The notes under the pieces are model-generated. The model had not been told where the DNA came from and made no database searches. It was given only the letters and a program-made list of their open reading frames with translations. From an uncultured Clostridia bacterium (GTDB taxonomy: Bacteria; Bacillota; Clostridia; Christensenellales; UBA1242): DNA of 64,000 nt. Each line of letters opens with the position of its first letter. Positions within the stretch are counted from its first letter, which is position 1. A program made the position numbers and the translations under genes. Shown in pieces: positions 56,139 through 64,000 of this stretch. The stretch is taken from assembly GCA_944377415.1 (NCBI GenBank), contig CALWEW010000003.1:3753-67752 (forward strand), read 5' to 3'.

Positions 56139-57704
56139 TTGACAAGCAACGAAATTTTGAAGATAAGCAATGTCCCTCCAAAAGAAAAAATTGCGCTACT
56201 TGAGTTAAGCCCGAGAAGTGTAAAACTTGTTTTGGCGTGGTACATTCCAAATACTTCGTTTGAAGTTTTCGACACATTTTGCGAACCTGCAAAAATTTAT
56301 GAGGATATTAATCGTGATGGTTTCATTAAGCCTACGCAAATTGCTGATGTTGTTCGAGTAGTGAAAATGTATCGCAAACTCTGCGATTCATTTAAAATTA
56401 CAAAGGCAATCGCATATGCTACACCAGCATTTAGAGAAGCGAAAAATCATTATGGCTTTTTAGAAGAACTTGAAATCGCCTCTGGTTTTAAAATTCGTCT
56501 TATGCAAGAACAAGACGAAGTAGTATCCGTTTATAACGGCGTAATTAACACGCTAGATGCACCGAAAGGGGTAATTTTCTATATTGAAGATGAGTACACG
56601 CAAATTATTCATTATTCACGCAAAACCATTATAAACAGCGTTACTATTCAATTCGGTGCTGAGACCTTGGCAACTTTGTTCCTTGATTCTGCTGGAAACC
56701 CTGAGCAACAAATGGAAGAAATGGCGAAATTCTTTAAAGAGCGCGTAATCGAAGAAACTCCGTGGCTTAGAGAAATTGATGTTGAGGAGTTTAAATATGT
56801 CGGCGTTGGCGATGTGTTTAGAAGTATGGGTAAAATTAGCCGTATGGGGAAAAAGTACCCGCTTGACCTCGCTCATGCTTATGTAATGGACAAGCAAGAT
56901 TTCGGCGATGTTTATAATGCAATCAAGAAACTTGACCTAGACAAGCGCTCGCGTATTCGCGGAATTTCGGAAAAATCAGCAGGTACGATTGCTTGCGGTC
57001 TTGCTATGGTACGCGCGATTATTGAAGCATTTGACATTGAGCGCTTTATGATTTCGGTAAGTGATATGTCTACGGGAGTGTTGTTCCATCAATGTGTTCC
57101 TGTAACAATGGAAAAGCCTATAGTTGATGTTGTGATGTATAGTCTTTTTGCAAATCTTTGCTATTATCCCGTAAATGCAACAAATTCTACATATGTATAT
57201 TATCTTGCAACTATTCTTTTTAGACAACTGCGTGTAATGCACAAATTAGGCAGGCAATATATTCGCGCCTTAAAAGTGGCAAGTTTCCTTTATGACAGTG
57301 GCTCTCGTATTCGTTTCCATCCTAATCGTAAAGACGCCCTTGAGGTTATCTTAAACTCGCAAATTTTTGGCGTTTCGCATAGTGATTTGGTGATTGCTGC
57401 GTTTATTGCAGCATCGCAAAATAGTGAAGAGTTTAGTTTACCAGAGTGGGTAAGATATAAGGACATTGTTAGAGAAGAAGATTTAACTGCTGTTAAAAAA
57501 CTTGCAGTGATTTTAAAAATCGCAGTTGCATTAGATAGGTCGCAACAAGGAAATGTTGTAGACCTTGTATGTGATGTTTTGGGTGATTCTGTCATTATGA
57601 AAACAGTAACGAACGGTCAAGATATTTCTTTTGAACTTGAATGTGCGAAAGAGGCGGCTGTGGACTTCAAGAAAGTTTTCGGGAAAAATTTAGAACTCTT
57701 GTAA
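56139..57704 (+). CDS. Ppx/GppA-family protein with divergent active-site motifs
   Basis: 521 aa with a two-domain actin-like N-terminal half and an HD-like C-terminal half collinear with exopolyphosphatases. The phosphate-binding motifs read LELSPRSVKL and YIEDEYTQ instead of DxGSNS and DIGGGS. Confidence 0.6.
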   Translation: MTSNEILKISNVPPKEKIALLELSPRSVKLVLAWYIPNTSFEVFDTFCEPAKIYEDINRDGFIKPTQIADVVRVVKMYRKLCDSFKITKAIAYATPAFREAKNHYGFLEELEIASGFKIRLMQEQDEVVSVYNGVINTLDAPKGVIFYIEDEYTQIIHYSRKTIINSVTIQFGAETLATLFLDSAGNPEQQMEEMAKFFKERVIEETPWLREIDVEEFKYVGVGDVFRSMGKISRMGKKYPLDLAHAYVMDKQDFGDVYNAIKKLDLDKRSRIRGISEKSAGTIACGLAMVRAIIEAFDIERFMISVSDMSTGVLFHQCVPVTMEKPIVDVVMYSLFANLCYYPVNATNSTYVYYLATILFRQLRVMHKLGRQYIRALKVASFLYDSGSRIRFHPNRKDALEVILNSQIFGVSHSDLVIAAFIAASQNSEEFSLPEWVRYKDIVREEDLTAVKKLAVILKIAVALDRSQQGNVVDLVCDVLGDSVIMKTVTNGQDISFELECAKEAAVDFKKVFGKNLELL

Positions 57705-57915
57705 AACAAATATTTATGAGTTTTCAGAAAAGCGCATTTGCGCTTTTTTCTTTTACCTTATCTATTTTGGTTAAAATTATTTGCTAAATGCGATTGCGTA
57801 TGATAAAATAAACAAAAGCGCTTTATACTATGCAAGGTATTATGCACCTTGTTTTGCGAATAGTTTTGTGCAAAAAACAAGCAAATATTTAAATTTGCGA
57901 GTGAGGTTGGTAAAA

Positions 57916-58908
57916 ATGGCGAAAATTCAGTTGTTTATCGACATGGGGTCATACAGTACGGTAATTTATCGTGAAAATTTTGGAATTGTGCTTGATGAGC
58001 CGACAAAAATTTTACTCGAAAATTCGGGTGGTGTTACTGAAATTGTAGATTACGGACAAAAGGCTGTAAAGGCAGAGGGTAATCAAAATCAATTTGTCGT
58101 AACGCCCGTTATGGAAGGTGTGATTGTAGACGAAGGAAACTGTACGGAAATTTTGCGTGAGTATATTCGCAGAGTTACAACAGATAAGCCGCGTGCTAGT
58201 GTTGATGCGATGTTTTCAATTCCTTGTGGAGCGAGTGCTGCCGAAAAGCAGAAGTTTTATAATGTAGCGTATTCTGCAGGAGTGAGTAAAGTAATGTTGG
58301 TGCCTGCTCCAGTTGCTGACTTGCTCGGTTGTGGGATTAATTTCAGCGACTTTGAATATTGTGCACTTGCTGATATTGGTTCGGGGTGTACGGATATTGC
58401 AGTTTTAGGGGACTGTGGCATAGTAGACGGCTTTACGCTAAATCTCGGTGCAGTCAATATTGACATGGCAATTGCTGACCATATTCAAGCGAAATATGGA
58501 CTTAAAATTACTCTAAATCGCGCGCTATCTTTAAAAGAGCAAATAGGTAGTTTAATTCCAAACGGTACGAAGATTTTGGCGGTAGAAGGGGCAGAGGTCA
58601 AAACGGGCGTGCGAAAAACTATCAATGTAACTGGGTTTGATATTCTTGATGCCTTGCGCGAGTATTATCAGGCAATCGCTGACTCAATTAGTAGCCTTAT
58701 TTCGACACTGGAAGCGGAGATTTGCGCGAAAGTACGCATGCAAGGTGTAATTTTTTGTGGTAATGGAAGTAAGGTTGAAGGGCTTACTGAATATATGCAA
58801 AATCGAATTCAAATACCTGTATTTTTGGCAAAGGGGGCTCGCACTGTTTTTGGACTACAGAAATTGGCGCACGAAAAAGAAATTTTGAAGAAAATTGCAC
58901 AAAAATGA
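57916..58908 (+). CDS. MreB/Mbl-family actin-like protein (divergent)
   Basis: Start moved to ATG 57916 (GAGG ribosome-binding site). Collinear with MreB: FIDMGSYSTVIY versus GIDLGTANT, PVMEGVIVDEG versus PMKDGVIAD, ADIGSGCTDIAVL versus VDIGGGTTEVA, and FCGNGSKVEGL versus LTGGGALLRNL. Confidence 0.75.
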   Translation: MAKIQLFIDMGSYSTVIYRENFGIVLDEPTKILLENSGGVTEIVDYGQKAVKAEGNQNQFVVTPVMEGVIVDEGNCTEILREYIRRVTTDKPRASVDAMFSIPCGASAAEKQKFYNVAYSAGVSKVMLVPAPVADLLGCGINFSDFEYCALADIGSGCTDIAVLGDCGIVDGFTLNLGAVNIDMAIADHIQAKYGLKITLNRALSLKEQIGSLIPNGTKILAVEGAEVKTGVRKTINVTGFDILDALREYYQAIADSISSLISTLEAEICAKVRMQGVIFCGNGSKVEGLTEYMQNRIQIPVFLAKGARTVFGLQKLAHEKEILKKIAQK

Positions 58909-59022
58909 GCGTAAACAACAAGTTTTGTCGAAAGGAACTTTTATCAATAAAGTTCCTTTTTCTTTTTGTAAAAAACGGTATAATTAGTTAGATTAATTCA
59001 TTTAAACGGAGAGTTTAAATTT

Positions 59023-59805
59023 ATGAGTAGAATTATCGTTTTTACTGGCGGTAAAGGGGGCGTTGGGAAAACAACTTGTTGTGCTTTTGTTGGGTTTAAT
59101 TTAGCAAAACTCGGCGCTCGAACTGTTATGCTTGATATTGACATAGGATTAAATAATCTTGATGTAACAGTCGGCATAGACCACCTAATTAATTATGATA
59201 TTGTTGATGTCGTGTATGGAAAATGCAGATTATCGCAGGCTCTTGTAAGAATGCCAGATTTACCGCTGCTTTATGTTTTGCCGAGTGCGCACACCCTAAA
59301 TGTTGGTAAAGTGCAAGCAGAAGATTTACGCCGAATTGTTGCTGATTTAAGTACAAGTTTTGAATATATTTTGATTGATTGTCCTGCGGGAATAGGTAGC
59401 GAATTTTATCGCGCTGTCTATCTTTCAAGTGAAGCAATAATTGTAACCACACCGACAATAACAGCAATTCGCGATGCAGATAAAACTGCTGAACTTATTT
59501 GTGGTTGTGGAGTAAATACAATAGGGTTAATAGTTAATCGTGTGCGTACTGATTTGATAACAAAGAGACTTATGGTTTCGCCCGAAGATATCGCTCGTAG
59601 CTTAGACCTAGAGTTGCTTGGCGCCGTTCCTGAAAGCGATGAAATAACGGCTTTGTCTTCTATTTCTGGTAGACTTTTTGAAGCAAAAGGAAATTCAAGC
59701 GAGGCATACTCAAACATTGCGCGGGCAATTTATTATGGTACTAAAAAAGTCGCAGAAAAAGATAAAATATTTGACTTTTTAAAAAGGAGGAAGAAAAGTG
59801 TCTAA
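59023..59805 (+). CDS. minD: septum site-determining ATPase MinD
   Basis: Deviant Walker A GGKGGVGKTT. ParA/MinD fold throughout. A C-terminal amphipathic helix KIFDFLKRRKK is present. Confidence 0.9.
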   Translation: MSRIIVFTGGKGGVGKTTCCAFVGFNLAKLGARTVMLDIDIGLNNLDVTVGIDHLINYDIVDVVYGKCRLSQALVRMPDLPLLYVLPSAHTLNVGKVQAEDLRRIVADLSTSFEYILIDCPAGIGSEFYRAVYLSSEAIIVTTPTITAIRDADKTAELICGCGVNTIGLIVNRVRTDLITKRLMVSPEDIARSLDLELLGAVPESDEITALSSISGRLFEAKGNSSEAYSNIARAIYYGTKKVAEKDKIFDFLKRRKKSV

Positions 59806-60049
59806 TGAACCTCGTGGGGTTGAGCGCCTTAGGCAAGTTTTAATAAACGATAAGCATTTTGATACTGATAGATTAAATGATGTTGTGTCAAGCGATATTT
59901 TTAAAGCGCTTTCAAACTACATGGATATTACGCATGATGATATGCTCTTGCGAATTGATTTAGACGAGCAGGGGGACTATGTTTTGCGGTGTAAGGTTAA
60001 GGCTCGTCGTTTAAAAATCATGGGATTTTTATCAAAAACTGCTAATTGA
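59798..60049 (+). CDS. minE: cell-division topological specificity factor MinE (atypical termini)
   Basis: GTG start 7 nt after AAGGAGG, overlapping the minD stop. ERLRQVLIND and SSDIFKALSNYMDITHDDMLLRIDLDEQGDYVLRCKV align with E. coli MinE ERLQIIVAERR and [37 protein letters not shown]. Confidence 0.75.
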   Translation: MSNEPRGVERLRQVLINDKHFDTDRLNDVVSSDIFKALSNYMDITHDDMLLRIDLDEQGDYVLRCKVKARRLKIMGFLSKTAN

Positions 60050-60092
60050 AATTTGCGAAGCAAGTGCTTGCTTTTCGCTAAAGGTGGTGTTT

Positions 60093-60230
60093 ATGAAATT
60101 TAATTGGTTATATAAGGCTGTAGTTACAGTGATTGCGACTGTAATTGTGTTGCTTGTTATCGACTTGTTGGGGCTTGTTAACCCTATTAGTGAAACTATT
60201 CAAGAAATAGACGGCATTTTCTATGTGTAA
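60093..60230 (+). CDS. possible 45-aa single-TM peptide
   Basis: ATG lies 4 nt after AAGGTGGTG. The peptide is MKFNWLYKAVVTVIATVIVLLVIDLLGLVNPISETIQEIDGIFYV. It is below the ORF-track size cut-off. Confidence 0.3.
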   Translation: MKFNWLYKAVVTVIATVIVLLVIDLLGLVNPISETIQEIDGIFYV

Positions 60231-60314
60231 GCGGTGTATGTGTGCGCTTCAAATTAAGAGATAACACAGCAATAAAAACAAGAGTGAAAAATAAGAAATA
60301 AGAGGGAGAGGAAA

Positions 60315-61172
60315 ATGCGGAAATTTAAGTTTTCAATACACCCGTTGTTTTTAGTATTTGTCGCTGCACTTGTGTATTTGGGATATTTTTATGTATTACT
60401 TGCGTACCTAATCACAATAATATTGCACGAACTCGCGCACGCGCTTGTTGCTCAAAAACTTGGGTATAAATTAAATCATATTACGCTAATGCCACACGGA
60501 GCGAGCCTATCAGGTGCAAGTAAATTTTATAGCGCAAAAGACGAAATTTTGGTCGCAATTGCGGGTCCTGCTTTAAATGTTGTGTTAGCAATCTTGGGCT
60601 GTGCACTGTGGTGGATTTTTCCTGATACATACTTCTATACGCAAGAGTTTGTCTACGCAAACACAGTAACAGCGATTATAAACTGTCTGCCAATTTTTCC
60701 ACTTGACGGCGGACGAGTTTTGCTCGCAATTCTTGGGCGAAACGGAAAGCGCTCATCCGCTATTAAAAAGGTTAAAATTACAGGAATTGTATTTTCATGC
60801 GCATTGATAGCGTGCTTTGTTATAACTGTATTTTTTGTGCCGAATTATACGATGCTTGTCTTTGGTTCTTTCCTTTTTATCACTTCAATTCTTGACGACA
60901 AAAGCTCATATTACGACCACATAGGCATATTGGCAAGCAAAAATTCACACCTAAATCGTGGGTTAAAAGTGCGTACAATAGCCGTTCCCGAAAGTATGCA
61001 ACTATATAAACTAATGTCTGCGGTGACTCCTGATAGTATAACAGACTTTTCAGTGCTCGACAAAGATTTAAAGGTAATAGGCAAAATTAGCGAAAATCAA
61101 CTCGAAAAGCTAATTGAGATTTATCCAGCGAATACAAAACTTGCGCTTATTATAGAGCATGGAACACGGTAA
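60315..61172 (+). CDS. spoIVFB: site-2 (M50) intramembrane metalloprotease, SpoIVFB-like
   Basis: HELAHAL (HExxH) lies in a TM helix, and NCLPIFPLDGGRVL (NxxPxxxLDG) is present. 285 aa with a soluble C-terminal domain. Its position downstream of the mreB-min genes mirrors the B. subtilis order minCD-spoIVFA-spoIVFB. Confidence 0.7.
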   Translation: MRKFKFSIHPLFLVFVAALVYLGYFYVLLAYLITIILHELAHALVAQKLGYKLNHITLMPHGASLSGASKFYSAKDEILVAIAGPALNVVLAILGCALWWIFPDTYFYTQEFVYANTVTAIINCLPIFPLDGGRVLLAILGRNGKRSSAIKKVKITGIVFSCALIACFVITVFFVPNYTMLVFGSFLFITSILDDKSSYYDHIGILASKNSHLNRGLKVRTIAVPESMQLYKLMSAVTPDSITDFSVLDKDLKVIGKISENQLEKLIEIYPANTKLALIIEHGTR

Positions 61173-61292
61173 CTAAAAATTCGAGCAGAGAATCCATAAT
61201 AAGTTTAGACATAGTTGAAAAAACTTTGCATATAGTCGTTTATTGCGTAAAAACGCAATACAAAAAAGGTATCGAAATTTTGCAAAAGGGTA

Positions 61293-61321
61293 TTGATATT
61301 TTTTATAAATTATGCTATAAT
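61293..61321 (+). promoter_or_regulatory. near-consensus extended -10 sigmaA promoter
   Basis: TTGATA (61293-61298), a 17-nt spacer ending in TGC, then TATAAT (61316-61321). Confidence 0.5.
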
Positions 61322-61376
61322 ATCTACGATGGAAGTGGTAATGGAGAGTGAACTCTCTATTATCTAGGAGGTAATT

Positions 61377-62552
61377 ATGGCTATTTTTAAGAAGAAGGAG
61401 CAAGTTCAAACAGCAGATACGAATCTCAAAATTTCTGATGATGACTTGGCGCAAGTAGATATGACTATCGACTATGCGAAGAAAGCGAGAAATGCTCGCA
61501 TTGTAAAATGGACTGCTGTTGCTGTTGGTGCTTTACTTTTGGGGTTTGGTGTCGGTGGTGCGGCATTCACTTTTGGCACTGCAATGTATGCGATTCTTTT
61601 CCCTTCAGTAGCAACTGCTCTTATGTGTGGTGGTGTTGCTGTTGGGGCTAACCATTTTCACAAGAAGTATCGTTGGCTCAACTGGGTGCAAAAGAAAGTA
61701 AAAGAGCGTGATGCGGGCGTTACAAAGCGCGGTAAAACGATGTCGACAGACAAGCAAACTTCTCTTGACAACAAGATTAACAAGCGCGTAAATAAGTTGA
61801 CAAAGGCCAGTCGTCTTAGAAAGAAACAATACATTACAGAAGCGCAAGGCGAACAATTTAGAAAAGGACGCGATAACACAAGCGTTGTTAGAGCGCAGAA
61901 TAGAAAGGCTGCGCGCGAAGCTTTATTGAGTTCAATTCAACAAAATCGTGCTAGTATCAAGGAAGATTTCTTGCGCAATATGAACCAGTTCTTGCAGTCG
62001 GAAGACCGTGCTAACTACAAAATGGAAAAGCGCTACGCTGGTACTATTGAAGTTTTGATGCCTGCTTACGACGAAAATGGAGCCCCTAGAGTCAACACTG
62101 ACGGCGAGCAGCTCTTTAGTTCGGTTGTAAAGGCTGAATGCGATAATTATGTTGATTTACTCAAAGCGCAACAAGAGATATACAACAGCCTTGCAAACGG
62201 GAATGTTGATTATCCTATAAATGTTGATGTTGCATCAAAGAGCGGAAAGCTCGAAAGAAAGACTATACAATCTCGTGAGCAGTTGGAAGAAATGCAAAGA
62301 TTTGTTGATGCAAAAACTGCAGAGGAATTAAAAGCGTATAAGATTGAGAAGCCTGCTGAAAATTCTAGCGAAATGGGTAAAGGTATGGTAGGAGTAGACA
62401 CTTCAAGCATGACTGATAAAAAAGCTACAGCAAGTCGCATAAATGGTGAAACTTCTGTGCCAGGAGCTACTACCGAATACGAAGACTTTTCCAAAATAGT
62501 CAGCGAAGCATCGAATAAAGAGGGAACATCAACTTTGACGCGTTCTTATTAA
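61377..62552 (+). CDS. hypothetical membrane protein (two or three TM helices plus a Lys/Glu-rich tail)
   Basis: AGGAGG ribosome-binding site. Hydrophobic segment WTAVAVGALLLGFGVGGAAFTFGTAMYAILFPSVATALMCGGVAVG. No motif recognised. Confidence 0.55.
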   Translation: MAIFKKKEQVQTADTNLKISDDDLAQVDMTIDYAKKARNARIVKWTAVAVGALLLGFGVGGAAFTFGTAMYAILFPSVATALMCGGVAVGANHFHKKYRWLNWVQKKVKERDAGVTKRGKTMSTDKQTSLDNKINKRVNKLTKASRLRKKQYITEAQGEQFRKGRDNTSVVRAQNRKAAREALLSSIQQNRASIKEDFLRNMNQFLQSEDRANYKMEKRYAGTIEVLMPAYDENGAPRVNTDGEQLFSSVVKAECDNYVDLLKAQQEIYNSLANGNVDYPINVDVASKSGKLERKTIQSREQLEEMQRFVDAKTAEELKAYKIEKPAENSSEMGKGMVGVDTSSMTDKKATASRINGETSVPGATTEYEDFSKIVSEASNKEGTSTLTRSY

Positions 62553-62617
62553 ATCACACTCAATTGTTAGAGTAAGAATACAATTGCGAATTAACAATGG
62601 ATAAGTAAGAAATATGT

Positions 62618-62654
62618 AAAAAGACATCATAAAGTTTTACGGTGTCTTTTTTGT
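62618..62654 (+). terminator. rho-independent terminator
   Basis: AAAAAGACATC pairs with GGTGTCTTTTT (one G-U pair) across a 12-nt loop, followed by a T-run. Confidence 0.6.
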
Positions 62655-62672
62655 TTAAATTAACTTATTAAC

Positions 62673-62701
62673 TTGCTAAATGCATAACTTTATAGTATAA
62701 T
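62673..62701 (+). promoter_or_regulatory. sigmaA promoter of lgt
   Basis: TTGCTA (62673-62678), a 17-nt spacer, then TATAAT (62696-62701). Confidence 0.45.
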
Positions 62702-62809
62702 TTACGCGATAGAGAAAAGTCTACGCTAAGAATTGTATAAATGTTTGCGCAAATGTTTTAGTAAGTCTATTTTACTACAATCAAAATAATAATTAAGGGA
62801 GGGGATGTC

Positions 62810-63598
62810 ATGAACTCAATTGCTTTTACAATATTTGGGCTAGATGTACACTGGTATGGTCTGATAATTGCAATTGCTCTAATTTTGGCAATAGTTTTAG
62901 CTTTTTTTATAGCACCTTTTCGTGGGCTAAAGCGTGATGACCCCTTTGAAATGATACTTTGGTTATTTCCGCCTGCAATAATTGGCGCAAGACTGTATTT
63001 CTTAATATTTAATGGTGGGCCGTGGGGCTGGGAATCATTCGCTATTTGGGACGGTGGAATAGCTGTTTATGGCGCAATTATCGGTGGTGCTGTGGGCGCG
63101 GGGCTTTACTGCTTTTTCCGTAAGAAAAATTTTTTTGCAGTTGCCGATATAGCTGCTCCGTGTGTAGTCTTAGGACAAGGCATAGGGCGTATAGGTTGCT
63201 ATTTTTCGGGCTGTTGCTATGGCGAAGTTGTTACAAATCCAGACTTGCAATATTTTCCAATTTCAATATTCGTGCATGGCGATTGGCATCTTGCAACTAT
63301 GTTTTATGAAAGCGCCTGCGACCTCGTTATTTGTGCGCTACTGGTAATTCTTCTTCGTGCGACCTCAAAAATGAAACTTAACGGTGTTGTGCTTTCGGGC
63401 TACTTAATATTATATGGCATCGCTCGTGCAGTAATCGAGGGTATGCGTGGTGAGTCCTTAATGATAGGTTCGCTCCGCGCTAGTCAAGTACTTAGTATTA
63501 TACTAATCGCAGTCGGTGTCGCGCTTCTCATATATTTAATTGTTGATTATATTAGAAAAAAACGCAATCCGCGTGAGGTGATAATTGGAAAACTTTAG
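62810..63598 (+). CDS. lgt: prolipoprotein diacylglyceryl transferase
   Basis: HWYGLIIAIA, GARLYF, IWDGGIAVYGAIIGG and GQGIGRIGCYFSGCCYG are classic Lgt signatures. Confidence 0.9.
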   Translation: MNSIAFTIFGLDVHWYGLIIAIALILAIVLAFFIAPFRGLKRDDPFEMILWLFPPAIIGARLYFLIFNGGPWGWESFAIWDGGIAVYGAIIGGAVGAGLYCFFRKKNFFAVADIAAPCVVLGQGIGRIGCYFSGCCYGEVVTNPDLQYFPISIFVHGDWHLATMFYESACDLVICALLVILLRATSKMKLNGVVLSGYLILYGIARAVIEGMRGESLMIGSLRASQVLSIILIAVGVALLIYLIVDYIRKKRNPREVIIGKL

Positions 63599-64000
63599 AC
63601 GCGAAAAAGACGGCTACGCTACCCGTGAAGTCGATGACTTCTTGCAGAAAATGAAGCAAGAGTATAACGAGAAAATTCGCAAGCAAAATGAAAAGATGTT
63701 CAAGATGAACCAAGAAATGAATGACTTGCGATACAGTATCGAAATGTATAAAGAAAAAGAAAGAAAGATTTCGAAAGCCCTTGTAAAAGCCGTACAAAAA
63801 GCAGACGAAATCACAGCGTCGGCACGCAATGTTTACGATTTAGAGATAAAACGCGTACAACTACTTTACAAAAAATGGGAGAATGTTTTGAACGAGTTGC
63901 GCAGTAAGTTCGCAGGGCTTTTGCCTGGCGATGAAATTGATAATTTGGTCGGCGATTTTCAGTACGCCTTGACTGTAACCTTAAACTCTCAACTAAACGA
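63586..64000 (+). CDS. DivIVA-domain protein (3'-truncated by the window edge)
   Basis: TTG 63586 follows GTGAGG and overlaps the lgt stop. The frame stays open to nt 64000 (I checked it codon by codon). The N-terminus FRREKDGYATREVDDFL matches the DivIVA F..x.rGY...EVD.FL motif and is followed by coiled-coil sequence. This ORF is not in the ORF track. Confidence 0.65.

Noticed and set aside
60050-60085. Shared AAGTGCTTG motif in the hairpins after minE (60061-60070) and after the VirB6-like gene (44960-44979) as a possible repeat family
   Set aside because: Only about 9-10 nt are shared, and both are adequately explained as unrelated terminator-like stems.
1-64000. CRISPR arrays, rRNA genes, IS elements or transposases, prophage genes
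   Set aside because: I saw no regularly spaced direct repeats, no rRNA-like conserved stretches and no ORF with a recombinase, transposase or phage structural signature. Absence is judged by eye only.

Overview
Low-GC, Firmicutes-style DNA: AGGAGG-type ribosome-binding sites, frequent TTG/GTG starts, standard stop codons. It appears to come from an endospore-former lineage, since SpoIIID, SpoVT, a SpoIVFB-like M50 protease and MinD/MinE are present. Ordinary content includes a minus-strand metabolic operon (2-enoate-reductase-like flavoenzyme, Maa-type acetyltransferase, two-subunit aconitase-X). The right end carries housekeeping genes: a TtcA-like PP-loop ATPase, tRNA-Leu, ferredoxin, a Ppx/GppA-like protein, an MreB-like protein, MinDE, Lgt and a DivIVA-domain protein. 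The notable part is a ~41 kb envelope super-locus (about 11.8-53.1 kb). It contains a minimal type IV secretion-like module: a VirD4/TraG coupling ATPase, a two-helix pilin-like protein, a 659-aa lipoprotein, a VirB6-like polytopic protein, a VirB3-VirB4 fusion ATPase and a 1128-aa domain-less soluble protein. These are arranged as a divergon. I can recognise no relaxase, recombinase or peptidoglycan hydrolase in the window. Two giant envelope-anchored proteins are attached to this module. One is a 5009-aa lipoprotein built from six GLUG-type solenoid supermodules. The other is a 2790-aa Ig-repeat protein with a sorting-signal-like C-terminus. A Rho paralogue with destroyed ATPase motifs lies beside them. 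The two giant genes occupy about 23.4 kb of the 64 kb window. Other oddities are a tRNA-Leu with an AAG anticodon followed by a duplicated tRNA 3' end, a 60% GC structured spacer and a heptad-based inverted repeat inside the T4SS arm, and a MinE that lacks its usual N-terminal membrane-targeting motif. All calls come from reading the sequence by eye; no database search was possible.
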